DNA of 64,000 nt from Negaprion brevirostris (GCA_030324005.1 JARDVH010000025.1:59466786-59530785), one strand, 5' to 3'; shown: positions 50,681 to 64,000, counted from the stretch's first letter. The notes: generated by a model not told the origin, from the letters alone. Program-made: numbers and translations.

Positions 50681-51509
50681 ATAGTTCCTGGCATTCAGGA
50701 CTCATGCCTAACATTCATACACCCCACCTCAGCTTCCGATGATGCTGCCTCCACACATTTCCAGGTTTGAGGTATGGCAGGTACATCAACCAAGCACAAT
50801 AACTACTATCCTGCCCTCTTTCTTGATGGAATGAATGGACATGAGGCAGATGAATTTCAAAACAGTTAAGTGTGAAGTGACTAATTTTATTTGGAAGAAT
50901 GCAGAGACACAAAGCACCGGATTTTATCATCAAGTTGCGCCTGATTTCGCTGTCTGGTAGGGAGGAGGGATTGCCCTCTGGTGGGGAGGTGAACAAGGAA
51001 GGTCCGCTGCCACTATGCGTGCGATTGGTGGGGGGGACGGAGGGCAGAGGGCCGCGATCAGACTGGGTGGCGGTGGGGTNNNNNNNNNNNNNNNNNNNNN
51101 NNNNNNNNNNNNNNNNNNNNNNNNNNNNNNNNNNNNNNNNNNNNNNNNNNNNNNNNNNNNNNNNNNNNNNNNNNNNNNNGTGGGAGGATAAGGAGGTTCC
51201 TAATGTTGTGGGGGGGGGGGGGGCGCAATGTCTGTGAAGGCCAGGGGGAGGCCTTATCGGGGTTGGGAAGCAGCATTCTATCACTTTTTTTGTGAGCACG
51301 TGCAGTTGAAGACTCCGATCGGAGCAGCAGTGTTTCGAGTGTGATCAGCCCATCCCGCAGGCTTCTGCAGCACGACTCAGAATCGCTGCTTTTTTTTACA
51401 GGCAGAGTGCATATGGGGGCGCCTGAAAATGGGTCTAACAGTCGTATCTGAAACATTCCCAGATTCAGCACTTAGAATCAAAATGGTAAAATCGGGCCCA
51501 AAATCTGAA

Positions 51510-52530
51510 TGGTACAATTCTAAAGGGGATGCAGACATAGATGGAATCGAATGTATACTTGCATAAATCATGAAAGGTGGCAGGACAGATTGAGATGTAA
51601 ACTAATAATGCATGCAGTATTCAGGCATTATCAATAGGGACATCGTACAAAAGCAAGTAAGTTAGTTTAAACACATATAAAACATTACTTCAGCCACACC
51701 TGGAGTATTGTGTCTCGTTATGAGCACCACACTTTAGGAAAGATATGAAGGCATTAGAGAGGGACCAGAAAAAAATGGTTCCATGGATGAGGAGCTTAAG
51801 TTACTGAGAAAGATTGAAGAAGTTGGGACTGTTCTCCTTGGAGAAGAGAAGATTGAGAGGAGATTTGATCGATGGTATTCAAAATCATTTGGGGTCTGGT
51901 TGGAGTAGCTGCGGGGAGCTGTTCCCATTGGTGGAAGGCTCGAGAACCCACGGGCACAGATTTAAGGTAATTGGGAAAAGAAGCACGGGTGACATGAGGA
52001 AAGCATTGTTCACTCAGCAAATGTTTAGGATCTGGAACTATTGTGGAGAAAAATTCAATTGAGGCTTTTAAAGGGGAATTGTACAATTATCTGAAAAGGA
52101 AGAAAATGCAGGGCTATTGGGAGAAAGTAAGAAAGTGGTACTGGATAAATCGTTCCTTCAGAAGGTCAGTGCAGACATTTTGGACGGAGTGACTTCCTCC
52201 GTGCTGTAATCATTCTATTATTTTCTCAGGATTTAGACAGAGTAGATAGAGAGTTTGCAGGAAGGGTCTTAAATCATAGAACATAGATTTAAAATGATTG
52301 AAAAAGTAATTGTTTATGATCTGGAATGCACTAAAAGTGAAAGAATAGTGCAGACTGAGTCAATTTTGTTTTTCAAAAGGGAATTAGATAGGCACTTGAA
52401 GGAAAAAATAATCACAGGACTCCAGAAAAAGAGCAGGGAAACGGGACTAGCTGGATTGATCTTACAGATAGGTAGTATGGACACACAGAGCCAATAGTTT
52501 ATTTCTTTGCCACAATCGTTCTATGATTCT
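51510..52530 (+). mobile_element. CR1 LINE 3' fragments (two in tandem)
   Basis: PHLEYCV, LGLFSLEKRRLRGDL..SRTHGHRFKVIG, second piece FKRELDRHLKE, ttctatgattctat tail. Confidence 0.85.
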
Positions 52531-52649
52531 ATAGAAAGGAAAAGGGAGGAAGGTAAGTTTTTTAACATCATCTGCAGCTTGTAAGTCAAAAAAGATTGTT
52601 GGATAAGGGAGAACTGGGATCTGAGAAGGATAAAGAAAGGGAGATTCAC

Positions 52650-53595
52650 AGCGACAGAAGATTGTGAGTTCAAATCCCACTTCAGGACTTGTATATAAAA
52701 ATCAAAATGGTGACCCTCTAGTGCAATACTAAGACTGTGTTGCATTGTCGAAGGTTCCATCTTTCAGATGAGACTCTCCATTCAGGTGGACTCAAAAGAT
52801 CCAATGGCACAATTTTAAATAAGGGCTGGGGAGTTATCCCCACTGCCCTGACTAATATTTATCTCTTAGTCGCATCAAAAAAGCAGATCACCTCATCATT
52901 CTCACATAGCTGTTTGTGGAAGCACGAGAAATTGGAGCAGGGGTAGACCACATGGCCTGTTGAGCCTGCTCCACCATTCAACACTAACATGGTTGGTCTT
53001 GAGCTTCAACATCATTTTCCAGACTGCTCCCCTTATATCTGGATTCGCTGTGAGACCAAAAATCTGCCTTTCCCTGCTTAAAACATATTCAAAAATGAAG
53101 CATCCATTATCCTCTGGCATAGAGAATTCCAAGGATTTACTACCTTTTGAGTAATGCAATTTCTCCTCACCTCAGTCCTAAATTTTCAGCCCCTTATCTT
53201 GAGACTGCTTCTCGTATTTTACACTCCCCGGCCATTGGAAATATTCCGTCACTGTTTACGCTGTCAAACCCCTTCAGAACTGAGATCACTCTCATTCTTC
53301 TAAACTCCAGAACCCAATTTACTTAGCCTGTCATCATATTCCAGGCTGTTATCCCAGGGATCAATCTAGTTAACCTTCGCTGTACCGCCCCCAATCTAAG
53401 TACATTCTTCCTTAAATGTGGATGCCAAAACTGCACAAAGTATTCCAGATGGGAGCTTGCTGTGCACAAAATTAGTTGCTGCATTACCTACGTTATAACA
53501 GTGACTACACTTCAAAAGTACTTCATTGGCTGTAAAACACTCTGTGACATCCTGGGGTTTTGAAAAGCAGCAGATAAATCTAAGTTTTTTTTCAG
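52650..53595 (+). mobile_element. Deu-domain SINE split by a nested antisense CR1 (about 52925-53450)
   Basis: caggtggactcaaaagatccaatggcac..gctgtttgtgg | CR1 | gggagcttgctgtgcacaaa..acagtgactacacttcaaaagtacttcattggctgtaaa. Confidence 0.82.
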
Positions 53596-53789
53596 GCTAC
53601 CTTTAAGCCCTTACTGATGTTTGCAGCTATTCAATAGTGCTGTTAGTGAAAATGCACACGCAATCANNNNNNNNNNCGGACAGCATGGAAATGACTTGCT
53701 CTCTGCATTACTTCCAGTGAATAATGTTGCAATGTGATTTGTGTTCCCTTTTTGGGGGGTATCCAATTTAGCCCCCAGATTGCTCTTAG

Positions 53790-54040
53790 TGATGTTTTAG
53801 GGAAGAATGTTGGCCAGGACACTGGAACTGCTGTGTTTTTGTTAGTAAGTATCGTGTAAAATCTTCTGAGCTTAGATATCAGTTTAATGCTTCATCCAAA
53901 ATTCATCATTTCCAACAGTGCATTGCTCCCTCATTATTGTAATGAAGTGTCGATCTAAATTATGTTCTCAAGTCTGGAATGGAGCTCAAACATACCACCT
54001 TCTGATTCACAGGTGAGAATGCTGCTATTGAACAACTGAT
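53790..54040 (-). mobile_element. Old Deu-domain/LF-type SINE fragment
   Basis: aatgttggccaggacact..gtttaat..catccaaa..acagtgca..ctccctca..accttctgattcacagg. Confidence 0.55.
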
Positions 54041-57000
54041 GATACTGGAAAGAAAATTAAATGAGAGGAATTTAATTGCTTCAAAGCTGGCATGTTGTGG
54101 CAGTCAAGCCAGTTTGTAGAAGGCTTAATACAATATGTTGATTTCAGTGCTGGAAACTGCTGGATATTTTAATCGCTTGCACTTGTCATTGGCAGACTCA
54201 AAGAGCTAAACTTAATCAACCTATAACTTAGGCTTTTTTTTTATCAATATGGCTTCATTTGGAGCTTTGCTTTTTGATATATTTGGTTGCCCAACCTTCC
54301 GCATGTACTAAAGCAATTCTGTTTCTTATAGCTAAACTAACCCTACGGCAGCCACTACATTTAAACCCCAAAATGGCTGAGCAACAGCGACTTCAGCCTT
54401 GAAATGCAAGTCTATATTAATGGTTTCAACTACTAAAAGCAGGAGACTATCATCATCTGGCCTGTCAAGATATCTTTTGTTATCAGTGTGAAACTTTACT
54501 TAGGCAATTGCTAAGCCTTGCCAGACAAGTAAACCACTATCAGATCAGTAGGATTTATATTATGGTGATATTGAAGACTCATCTGGGGACATTTAAGATC
54601 TTAAATAGCACGATAAAAACAGTCAGGTTATCACAGCAAATTGATACCAATCTCCTATCAGTATACAAACTGTAGCCTGAAATAATAAAGCATTTGATCA
54701 TTTTGTTATGGTTTCTTTCAAAATAATGTGTGTGTATTAAACTAATTCTCCATTTCCCTATTTCACTAAACAATTGAAACTCAATTGTTGAAACAGAGCC
54801 ATTTCTGCCTCAGGAGTGAAATAGATCATCCACACTTCAGGGTTGAACGCTGATTATCCAAACATGCTGGTTGCACTGTGAGACTGCCAGAAATCAGAAA
54901 GCAAGCACAGTCAATACAGGACATAACAAAAAGAGACTAGTAACCCATAACCATCAGGCTGCAGGGTAGTGCAAATGCAACATTTGCCATATGAAGTCAA
55001 AGCAAAACGCTAACAGTCATCTTGAAATCAAGCTGTACTGACTGAAAATACTAAAACAACAGGGCATCTTTATTAATGCACAGAACAGGAATAATGAGGA
55101 ATGCAGTACATAGAAAATCTTCTCTGCAGTTCATTGACTGCCAACCCCAAGAATTTTATGTGAGAAAACCTTCAATGTGTACCCTGAGATGTCCAACCAT
55201 GTTGGTTAGATTAGATGAAAAGTAGATATCAACCAAAGAAAATCTGTTAACATAGAAGTATTCCATTTGATGGGCAAAGTATGAGTATCGTAAGTTGGCC
55301 ATGATTACACCAAATGCAATGGATATAGACAAGCCTCAAAGTTCTTTCAAGCCTGAACATTTATGACATGCTGCAGTAAAACACACGTTTGCTCATTTAC
55401 TCAAAGACATATTCTGGAATGCAGAATGGACATTTGCTATTATTGATTCAGTTCCCCTCAAATTTCCAATATCTGAACAACACTTCTGTGCCAGCAGAAC
55501 AAGGCAGCACATTGTAGAAGTATGCAGGTCCACCTAGAAGCAGGGCCCTGCAACTTCAATGCCTTGAGTGCACTGAAAAAATTCAATGTACAAGACTGGC
55601 ATCAGCACCATAGACAGCCAATTGAGGAACTTAAATGCCCAATTCAGACTCTTTTTCCACCTCCACTGGCATTTTGACCACATCAAGAGGGCTCATTGAT
55701 GTATCAGGAAACTACCAGGTAAACCCTGATAATCTTCCAGTGGGTCCCCAGGGAGGGGCATCTTATGTGGCTGCTCCAAGGCTTATGGGGGACGCTGTGG
55801 CAGCAATGGCTGTTCTGCGGCTACAATGTACAGCAGNNNNNNNNNNNNNNNNNNNNNNNNNNNNNNNNNNNNNNNNNNNNNNNNNNNNNNNNNNNNNNNN
55901 NNNNNNNNNNNNNNNNNNNNNNNNNNNNNNNNNNNNNNNNNNNNNNNNNNNNNNNNNNNNNNNNNNNNNNNNNNNNNNNNNNNNNNNNNNNNNNNNNNNN
56001 NNNNNNNNNNNNNNNNNNNNNNNNNNNNNNNNNNNNNNNNNNNNNNNNNNNNNNNNNNNNNNNNNNNNNNNNNNNNNNNNNNNNNNNNNNNNNNNNNNNN
56101 NNNNNNNNNNNNNNNNNNNNNNNNNNNNNNNNNNNNNNNNNNNNNNNNNNNNNNNNNNNNNNNNNNNNNNNNNNNNNNNNNNNNNNNNNNNNNNNNNNNN
56201 NNNNNNNNNNNNNNNNNNNNNNNNNNNNNNNNNNNNNNNNNNNNNNNNNNNNNNNNNNNNNNNNNNNNNNNNNNNNNNNNNNNNNNNNNNNNNNNNNNNN
56301 NNNNNNNNNNNNNNNNNNNNNNNNNNNNNNNNNNNNNNNNNNNNNNNNNNNNNNNNNNNNNNNNNNNNNNNNNNNNNNNNNNNNNNNNNNNNNNNNNNNN
56401 NNNNNNNNNNNNNNNNNNNNNNNNNNNNNNNNNNNNNNNNNNNNNNNNNNNNNNNNNNNNNNNNNNNNNNNNNNNNNNNNNNNNNNNNNNNNNNNNNNNN
56501 NNNNNNNNNNNNNNNNNNNNNNNNNNNNNNNNNNNNNNNNNNNNNNNNNNNNNNNNNNNNNNNNNNNNNNNNNNNNNNNNNNNNNNNNNNNNNNNNNNNN
56601 NNNNNNNNNNNNNNNNNNNNNNNNNNNNNNNNNNNNNNNNNNNNNNNNNNNNNNNNNNNNCTTGTAAAGTAATTTGTTTGCTGTGAAGTGCTTTGTGTTC
56701 ACAAGCAAGTCTATCCAAATATTCCAGGCTACTATCCACAAACATCAAAAAAACTCCTCTAAAATCCAGAAAGAAACCGCCAGACTGAAGACATGATAAA
56801 ATGGTATATAAATGTTGGTTTTGTTCTTTAATCTGCAGTTAAAGTAATTTCACAGGAGAGAGTCTTTGTCTGGGAAGAATATTTCTATTTTTCATCCTTT
56901 TTTGATATGTCGTGTAAAAAATTGGTCAATAGGAAGCTAATAAAAATGTAAACAATGACATTGACTGAGGCAGAGCTAGCTAGCTGTCATTTCATCTCTG

Positions 57001-57069
57001 ATACTTTGATTTCAATTCAACCAATTCAGCTACTCTGCAGCTCCTGTGTTTAATATTTTTAAATCATTT

Positions 57070-58050
57070 ATAACATCTCAATTTAATCACTCCTCAACCT
57101 ACTCAACTCAGGAAAATACAATCCTATTTTATGCAACATAGCCTCAAAACTGAATTCTTTCAGCTAGTCTCATTTTAGTAAATGAGCACTATACTCCCTC
57201 TATGACAATATATGCTTCCTAAGGTGTAGTGCCCAGCATTGAATGTAATACTCCAGATCTGACAATGTTTCAACACATTCCAAGCCTCTTGAGGTAAAGA
57301 TTTACATTCCATTAGACTTTCAGAAAATATTCCCATTTGTCATTCTTGGATCTGAAATGGATTACCTCATGCTTTCATACATTGAACTGTCACCATTCAC
57401 TTCAACCATCTATGTCCTTTTGAAACTTCCTGCTTCTGTCCACACAACTTACTGTCCCTCCTTAGTGTCACTTATAAAATTGAATATACAACTCTCTATT
57501 TGTGCATTTATTCATTCAAGCCACTGATAGATATGGCGAAAAGTTGTGACCCAGCACAGATCCCTGAGGATCCCAATTGTCTGATAATCTGATCACTTGT
57601 CACATTTTGCTAATCAGAATGCAATATCCTAGCTCTGTGGCCGATCTCAAAACCAATTTCCAACCCATCTTCTAAGATTATCTCTGATTTCATGCACTCT
57701 TATTTGAAATGTTATTCAATGCCAGATGACATCCATAGACATTCCCTTCAACATCTTGTGAATGATCTCCTCAAAAGATTCAACTACAATAACTGCACAT
57801 GAAGTGCCCTTTATAAATCCATACTGATTCATTTTAATCAACTCGTGAATATCCAAATGCTTGGTCAATCTATCCCTGGTAACATATCCCAACAATTTCC
57901 TTACAATTGATATTAATTTCACAGGTGTATAGGGTCATTGTTTTTCATCCTTCCTGCCTTAAATATTGTTAATGTTTTCAATTTTGCAATTCAAAGGCAA
58001 TAATTACCCTTACATCTGCAATTTTCTCACCTGTTTCTATTAATACCCTA
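57070..58050 (-). mobile_element. Old CR1 LINE fragment
   Basis: RDRLTKHLDIHELIKMNQYGFIKGTSC..FEEI..GMSMDVI, a CR1 RT motif. Confidence 0.75.
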
Positions 58051-58089
58051 AGAGTGGAAGTCATCACATTATGAGAATTTGTCAACCAT

Positions 58090-58224
58090 GGCCGGAACCC
58101 TCTGGCTGTTCACGTCCCGCCACTGCTGCTAGTTAAAACAGAGAATTTAGCGCTCAGCCAAATCTCTATTCGCTGCAGTAGGACCGGAGAATCCCATCTG
58201 TAGATGGGATCGGAGCATCCGGCC
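58090..58224. mobile_element. Harbinger-like MITE
   Basis: Termini ggccggaaccctc / ggagcatccggcc; same family as 3324-3432 and 38156-38290. Confidence 0.68.
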
Positions 58225-59367
58225 ACATGAGTTCCATTGTTTTCTTCATTAGCATGTTACTTTGTTTACATTCAATCCATTGAGGTCCTTCCCTTATTTG
58301 TTAATTCTATCTCAAGTTTGTTTACAATTAAAGCATAATGCAACATCTCATTGGCTGATTGCTTCTTGTGCCTTCTCAAGACCTGTTGGAAAAAGGTGAT
58401 TTATTTTATAAAATACTGACAAGCTGACACAAGAGTTCAAATACCAATTATCATCTGAAAAATCTGATAGTTGGCAAATTTGGTCAAATAAAATAATGCT
58501 GATGATAAATTGATTTCCTTTAATAACGAAGAAGTTCCAGGAACTATAGAATCTACTCCTGCTGTGCTTTCTTACATTTTTATGTCAACTTTCCTGATAA
58601 AAGCAACCAAAGTAACATATTCTGCAAAAGAAAACTTCTAATTCCTGGAACTGAGATGTGGAGAACTGCTGTGTTATTTGACACAGGAGCAAAAGTTTTA
58701 TTCTGGAGCTAGGATTGCATTATGCTGGTACTGTTTCCAAAGTGGACTATATTCCGCCCCGAGACTAACATCTCCCTCTTCAGCAAACGTGCAAAAAAAT
58801 CTCAATCTCCTTTAATTTTTTACATATTTCAACAGATGTATTTATCACAGTATGCAATCACTCTTTTAAATAATTAACAAGATGCATGTGTAATTCATTT
58901 TACTAAATATATACAACTATAATTATTTTTCAAGCTATTTCTTGTCACTGATGCAGATCGAAGTGATACAGCTCTAAATCAAGTAGATCAATATCTTATC
59001 CCATTGCTGTTTTTGCCCATCTCCTTTATTTATATTTGTCTATTACTGTTCTCATGGGAAAGGAATGGTGAGCTGGGAGAAGGGTGACAATTGGACTGTC
59101 TAGTGATGATAATCATGGGGGAGGGATGCAACCAGGAGAAGATCTGCAGTGGCCTGCTATTGTAATGTTAGGTGCTCCTCCTACTTCAACATTCAGGTAA
59201 CTATTTTTAAGAAGCTGAACCTTGTAGTCAGAATCTGCAGGTCCCTGTACCTGGTCTAACACCTGTTTNNNNNAGGGGCCAGAATTTTATACATAATGAC
59301 CACTTCAAGGCCTTTTTCTACCATCCTCAATTTTTAGGCTGGCGAGTGAATGACAGTGGTAGCCATG

Positions 59368-59584
59368 ATGTGGAGATGCTGGCGTTGGACTGGGGTAAAC
59401 ACAGTAAGAAGTCTCACAAAACCAGGTTAAAGTCCAAATGGTTTATTTGGCAGCGCAAGCTTTCGGAGTCTCGCTCCTTCATCAGATGAGGAGTGACTCA
59501 CCTGATAAAGGAGCGGGACTCTGAAAGCTTGTGCTGCCAAATAAACCTGTTGGACTTTAACCTGGTGTTGTGAGACTTCTTACT
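59368..59584. mobile_element. Penelope-like element terminus present as an inverted pair (88-bp arms, 6-nt spacer) with hammerhead-like motifs
   Basis: 59403-59490 is nearly the reverse complement of 59497-59584. The minus strand carries CTGATGA-AGGAG-cgaga-CTCC-GAAA-GCTT. Confidence 0.85.
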
Positions 59585-60164
59585 TGGATGACAGATCAGG
59601 GGAAATACAAAATTGAACAATGCTCATTAGGTTTGCACTTCATTTTTAGGTATGCCTAGTGCTGCTCCCAACATGCTCTCCTGCACTCTTCATTTAAAGA
59701 GTGTTGATTCCTGGGCTTGATGGCAATGGTTGAGCAGGGGACATGCTGAGCCATGTAGCTACAGATTGTGGTCAAATCCAATTCAGCTGATGATTCCCAG
59801 AGGTAAAAAACAATAAAATGGGGAACCAACAATACTGNNNNNNNNNNNNNNNNNNNNNNNNNNNNNNNNNNNNNNNNNNNNNNNNNNNNNNNNNNNNNNN
59901 NNNNNNNNNNNNNNNNNNNNNNNNNNNNNNNNNNNNNCAACAATACTGGTCTGAACTAGTCTTGTATACTTTAAAATGGAACACCAGTAAAACAGGAAAC
60001 AAGAATTCCAGTCCACACTTTTTCCTTCTGGGACAAGCTTAACAGTTATTTTGAAGCAATAAAATATGAATTTCTAGATCAAGTTTGAAATATAATTTTA
60101 GTTTAATTACAAATAATTGACTATCCCATTGTTTTCAAGGACACGTCTCCAAACCCAATTCTTA

Positions 60165-60920
60165 AGGGGAATCTTGTTAATACTATGGAGGTCACGCATA
60201 CTGGCTGGAGGGCCGGTGAGTGATATGCACTGCCTTTTTTAGGGAAGGACCGCTGAACCAGCCTGACCAGTCAGGCATGGCAAGGTCAGCAGCGGGCCTC
60301 TCCTTAGAGTCAAGACCCTGAGAATGGAAGTCTCATCTATTGAGATCTACCAGCCAATCAGAGGCTGGCAGCTCTTGTGCTCAACAATGCTACTGGCTAG
60401 TCATGGCTGCTACCAAAAGGACCAAAGTCCCAGGATCCAGGTCACTGGTAAGTAATGTGGGCTGCAGGGAGTGTCTTTATGTTTGCAGAGTAGGGGTCAG
60501 GGGAGAGGGTTGAATAGGGATTGGCAGCAAGAACAAGAGAGTGACTCACTGCAGCCTTTCCTTCCAATGTCAGGTACCTTGATCAGGCAGTGAGTTCAAA
60601 CCCTGCCCCTGACTGCCCTGTTGCATGTGACAAGCTACGCGCAAAGTTCAAGCTGCCATCATGCCACATGGCAACTCCACTGCCAATTACTGGGTGAATA
60701 TTAACGGTGGTGGGCTGAAATCCTTAAGTGGATTTTAATTGGCCATTTAAGGGCTTCAATTGGTAGCAGGGTGGGAAGCTCAACCATGGGTCCTTCCACC
60801 CAAAAATTAATTCTGGCGGGGACGGGAAAGTTTCACAGTTCTGTTATGCAACCATCCCATCTAATTACACATCCTGCCTGCCTCCACACTCACCACCAGC
60901 AAGAGCAGAAAATTTTGCTC
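60165..60920. mobile_element. Non-autonomous DNA-transposon-like repeat (probably Harbinger-derived)
   Basis: Core ttaattggccatttaagggc.tcaat and cagccaatcagaggc resemble segments near 6620-7130, 12420-13030 and 30630-31265; ends aaaattttgc. Confidence 0.4.
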
Positions 60921-62210
60921 CTTTTCATCAAGCATTTTATTGCTATAACCTAATACGTTTTCATCTGTTTCCTTCCTTTGTTTCCCCCCTCTTCATTTAA
61001 CGTGAAAGCCTAGTGACAGTAAAAGTGAATGATCATTGACAATTGAGTAATCATTCTGGAAACTTCAATAGATCTGAATTGCAGATTCCAGAAAAAAGAC
61101 CATTAAATCCCATCCTCTCACCATTTATTTAAAAAATGCTCATGTAGTCCAACCAGTGAACATAGTAAGCAATATTATTTTATTGATAATAAAAAGCTAA
61201 ATGCATGTCATCAACCAAAAGCCGAGAAATTACTATTATTGAAGGACCTTTTTAAAGTGTTCCCACAACCCCATAAAGCTAGTAACATTACATTAATTAA
61301 ATTGATTTCCGTGATATTCTGATGGATTTTTTTTTGCAAAATCATGAGTTGCTTTAAATTGATTGGTAACCTGGAATTAAACATATTTTCAACCTGAGCC
61401 ATTAAGCACTGATGCAATGACAGTATTCTAAAAATCCTGTCTGGCTATGTTGGGAATCTGTAACTGGGTAGCAACTGTTGAGTTTGATAGAAGATACTGC
61501 CCTATGACAACTCTGCATTGTATATCAATCGTATCTCTTTAACCACTACAAATTTGCCATTTGAATCTGCGCATCATGNNNNNNNNNNNNNNNNNNNNNN
61601 NNNNNNNNNNNNNNNNNNNNNNNNNNNNNNNNNNNNNNNNNNNNNNNNNNNNNNNNNNNNNNNNNNNNNNNNNNNNNNNNNNNNNNNNNNNNNNNNNNNN
61701 NNNNNNNNNNNNNNNNNNNNNNNNNNNNNNNNNNNNNNNNNNNNNNNNNNNNNNNNNNNNNNNNNNNNNNNNNNNNNNNNNNNNNNNNNNNNNNNNNNNN
61801 NNNNNNNNNNNNNNNNNNNNNNNNNNNNNNNNNNNNNNNNNNNNNNNNNNNNNNNNNNNNNNNNNNNNNNNNNNNNNNNNNNNNNNNNNNNNNNNNNNNN
61901 NNNNNNNNNNNNNNNNNNNNNNNNNNNNNNNNNNNNNNNNNNNNNNNNNNNNNNNNNNNNNNNNNNNNNNNNNNNNNNNNNNNNNNNNNNNNNNNNNNNN
62001 NNNNNNNNNNNNNNNNNNNNNNNNNNNNNNNNNNNNNNNNNNNNNNNNNNNNNNNNNNNNNNNNNNNNNNNNNNNNNNNNNNNNNNNNNNNNNNNNNNNN
62101 NNNNNNNNNNNNNNNNNNNNNNNNNNNNNNNNNNNNNNNNNNNNNNNNNNNNNNNNNNNNNNNNNNNNNNNNNNNNNNNNNNNNNNNNNNNNNNNNNNNN
62201 NNNNNNNNNN

Positions 62211-62985
62211 ATTAGTATACAGTGAAAAGTATTGTTTCTTGCATGCTATACAGACAAAGCATATGTCCAAAGAGAAGGAAAGGAGAGGGTGCAGAATGTA
62301 GCGTTACTGTCATAGCTAGAGTGTAGAGAAAAAACAATATAAGGTAGGTCCATTCAAAAGTCTGGTAGTAGCAGGGAAGAAGCTGTTCTTGAGTCAATTG
62401 GTACGTGATCTCAGACTTTTGTATCTTTTCCCCGATGGAAGAAGAGATTATGTCCGAGGCAGCGGGAAGTGTAGACAGAATCAATGGATGGAAGGTTGGT
62501 TTGCATGATGGACTGGGCTTCTTTCATGAACCTTTGTAGTTTTTATAGTCTTGGTTAGAGCAGGAGCCACACCAAGCTGCGATACATCCAGAAAGTATTG
62601 CTTTTCATGGTGCATCTGTAAAAGCTGGTGGGAGTCATAGCAGACCTGCCAAATTCCCCTGGGCCTCCTGAGAAAGTAGAGACGTTGGTGGGTTTTCTTA
62701 GCTATAGCATTGGCGTGGGGGGCCTGGGACAGGTTGTTGGTGATCTGGACACCTAGAAACTTGAAGCTCTCCACCATTTCCACTTCATCCCCATTGATGT
62801 AGACCAGGGAATGTCCTCTACTGTGCTTCCTGAAGTTGATGACTGTCTCCTTCATTTTACTGACATTGAGGGAGAGTTATCGTCATTGCACCTGTTCACC
62901 AGATTCTCTATCTCTTCTCTGTACTCCTTCTTTTCATTGTTTGAGATCTTACCCACTACGGTGGTGTCATTAACAAACCTGAAAA
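62211..62985 (-). mobile_element. Rex1/Babar LINE 3' fragment
   Basis: FVNDTTVVGKISNNEKKEYREEIENLV and KETVINFRK..INGDEVEMVESFKFLGVQITNNLS..KKTHQRLYFLRR. Confidence 0.88.
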
Positions 62986-64000
62986 TTAAACACTTCTTCC
63001 TGTTGCTTGCCCATCTATTTTCAAAAATAGACTTAGACCCTTTATAAATCATGGCACACATATCCACTGCGAGTTTGACCTGCATCCACCTGAGTGACAT
63101 GGGCACAAAATCTATGCAACTTGGAAAACAAGAATCTGCCAGTGAGATCACATTTTCCGATTTTTCCCACCCCTCGCCGGTGACGTAACAAGCTTATGGC
63201 CCAGGAAGGTTAGGTACCTTATTTTGCTAGTTTATAACATAATAGAGGCCTCCCTCACTGCATATTGCCACCACAAAAGCAATTCCCTCCTTGCCGGCAT
63301 GACATCATGCCAGTGAGGTTTACAAGTGTTGTTGAAAAAATGGGAACAAGACTGAGAGAACATGCTGGTGGGGCACGGGTAAGTAAAGCCTCCGGTGGGG
63401 GAGGGAGATGCCTGGGAGTACCCTGCTACTGCCCCTTGTCAATGGTCCTTCGCTACAGAAGTGGGCAATGTCAAGGCGGTCACTCTGGGCAGTTCCATGG
63501 ATGAGGGGGGAGGTGGGGTCCCCGTATGTGTGGAGTGGGGGGTTCGCTTATCTGTGGTGAGGGTAGGGAACATTTTTACAGCACAGGTTGGGATGCCCTT
63601 AGAGCTAAGCCCTGCCAGCATGATGGCATGGACCTTGCCTGCAGATTTCCCCTGCAAGATTATCTTCAGAGAAGATCCATCTGTGCAGCCTGCAAGCTCC
63701 ACGCTGGTTGTGGTGCCTCTGCCAGCAATCTGTGCACAGAAAACTATCCCCCCACCCCCCCCACCGCCTAAATCTCAGCTCCAGTATTTTTCGGAATTAA
63801 TTGATCTGTTCTATTTATCTTCATTTATTAAGCTTTCCCTATCAACTATGGAATGTTGTAGACAATGGCTCTCAGACCCTGGTACATGATCGATCTGGAA
63901 ATAGTTTAAAATATTAGAATGTCTTCTTTTTCAAGCTGCTGATCTATCTGTGCTCCAGTATAATATTTTTAGCTCTACTATAGACTTGAATTAGTAGTTT

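Noticed and set aside
55635-56748. Long ORFs (up to 345 aa) here and at 61518-62301, 15932-16525 and 46567-46893
   Set aside because: They consist almost entirely of X residues from N gaps and are artefacts of the ORF caller.
63265-63889. Overlapping GC-rich ORFs up to 164 aa
   Set aside because: No recognisable domain or splice structure; the composition matches the interior of non-autonomous DNA-transposon repeats.

Overview
Eukaryotic, repeat-rich vertebrate genomic DNA from a draft assembly with many N gaps. The repeat set (HE1-type V-SINEs, Deu-domain SINEs, abundant CR1, Penelope-like ends, PIF/Harbinger remnants) points to a cartilaginous fish, probably a shark; this is an inference. 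The only well-supported host coding sequence is one 81-nt, phase 0-0 exon at 10582-10662 (+) encoding [27 protein letters not shown]. It corresponds to exon 3 of a NKAIN (Na+/K+-ATPase-interacting) gene, most likely NKAIN2. The rest of the window reads as introns 2 and 3 of that gene, filled with decayed CR1, L2, Rex1/Babar and Vingi-like LINEs, SINEs, Penelope termini and Harbinger transposons or MITEs. Nearly all ORFs in the supplied track are spurious or TE-derived. The features most worth follow-up are a tandem pair of U2 snRNA 5' fragments inside a non-U2 sequence, an 88-bp-arm Penelope palindrome with hammerhead-ribozyme cores, a candidate in-frame cassette exon broken by an assembly gap, two-gene Harbinger fossils, a Vingi-like LINE, an over-extended inverted repeat and a ~400-bp direct duplication. 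I found no intact novel multi-gene system. All family names and reference sequences were recalled from memory, not checked against a database, and repeat boundaries are approximate.
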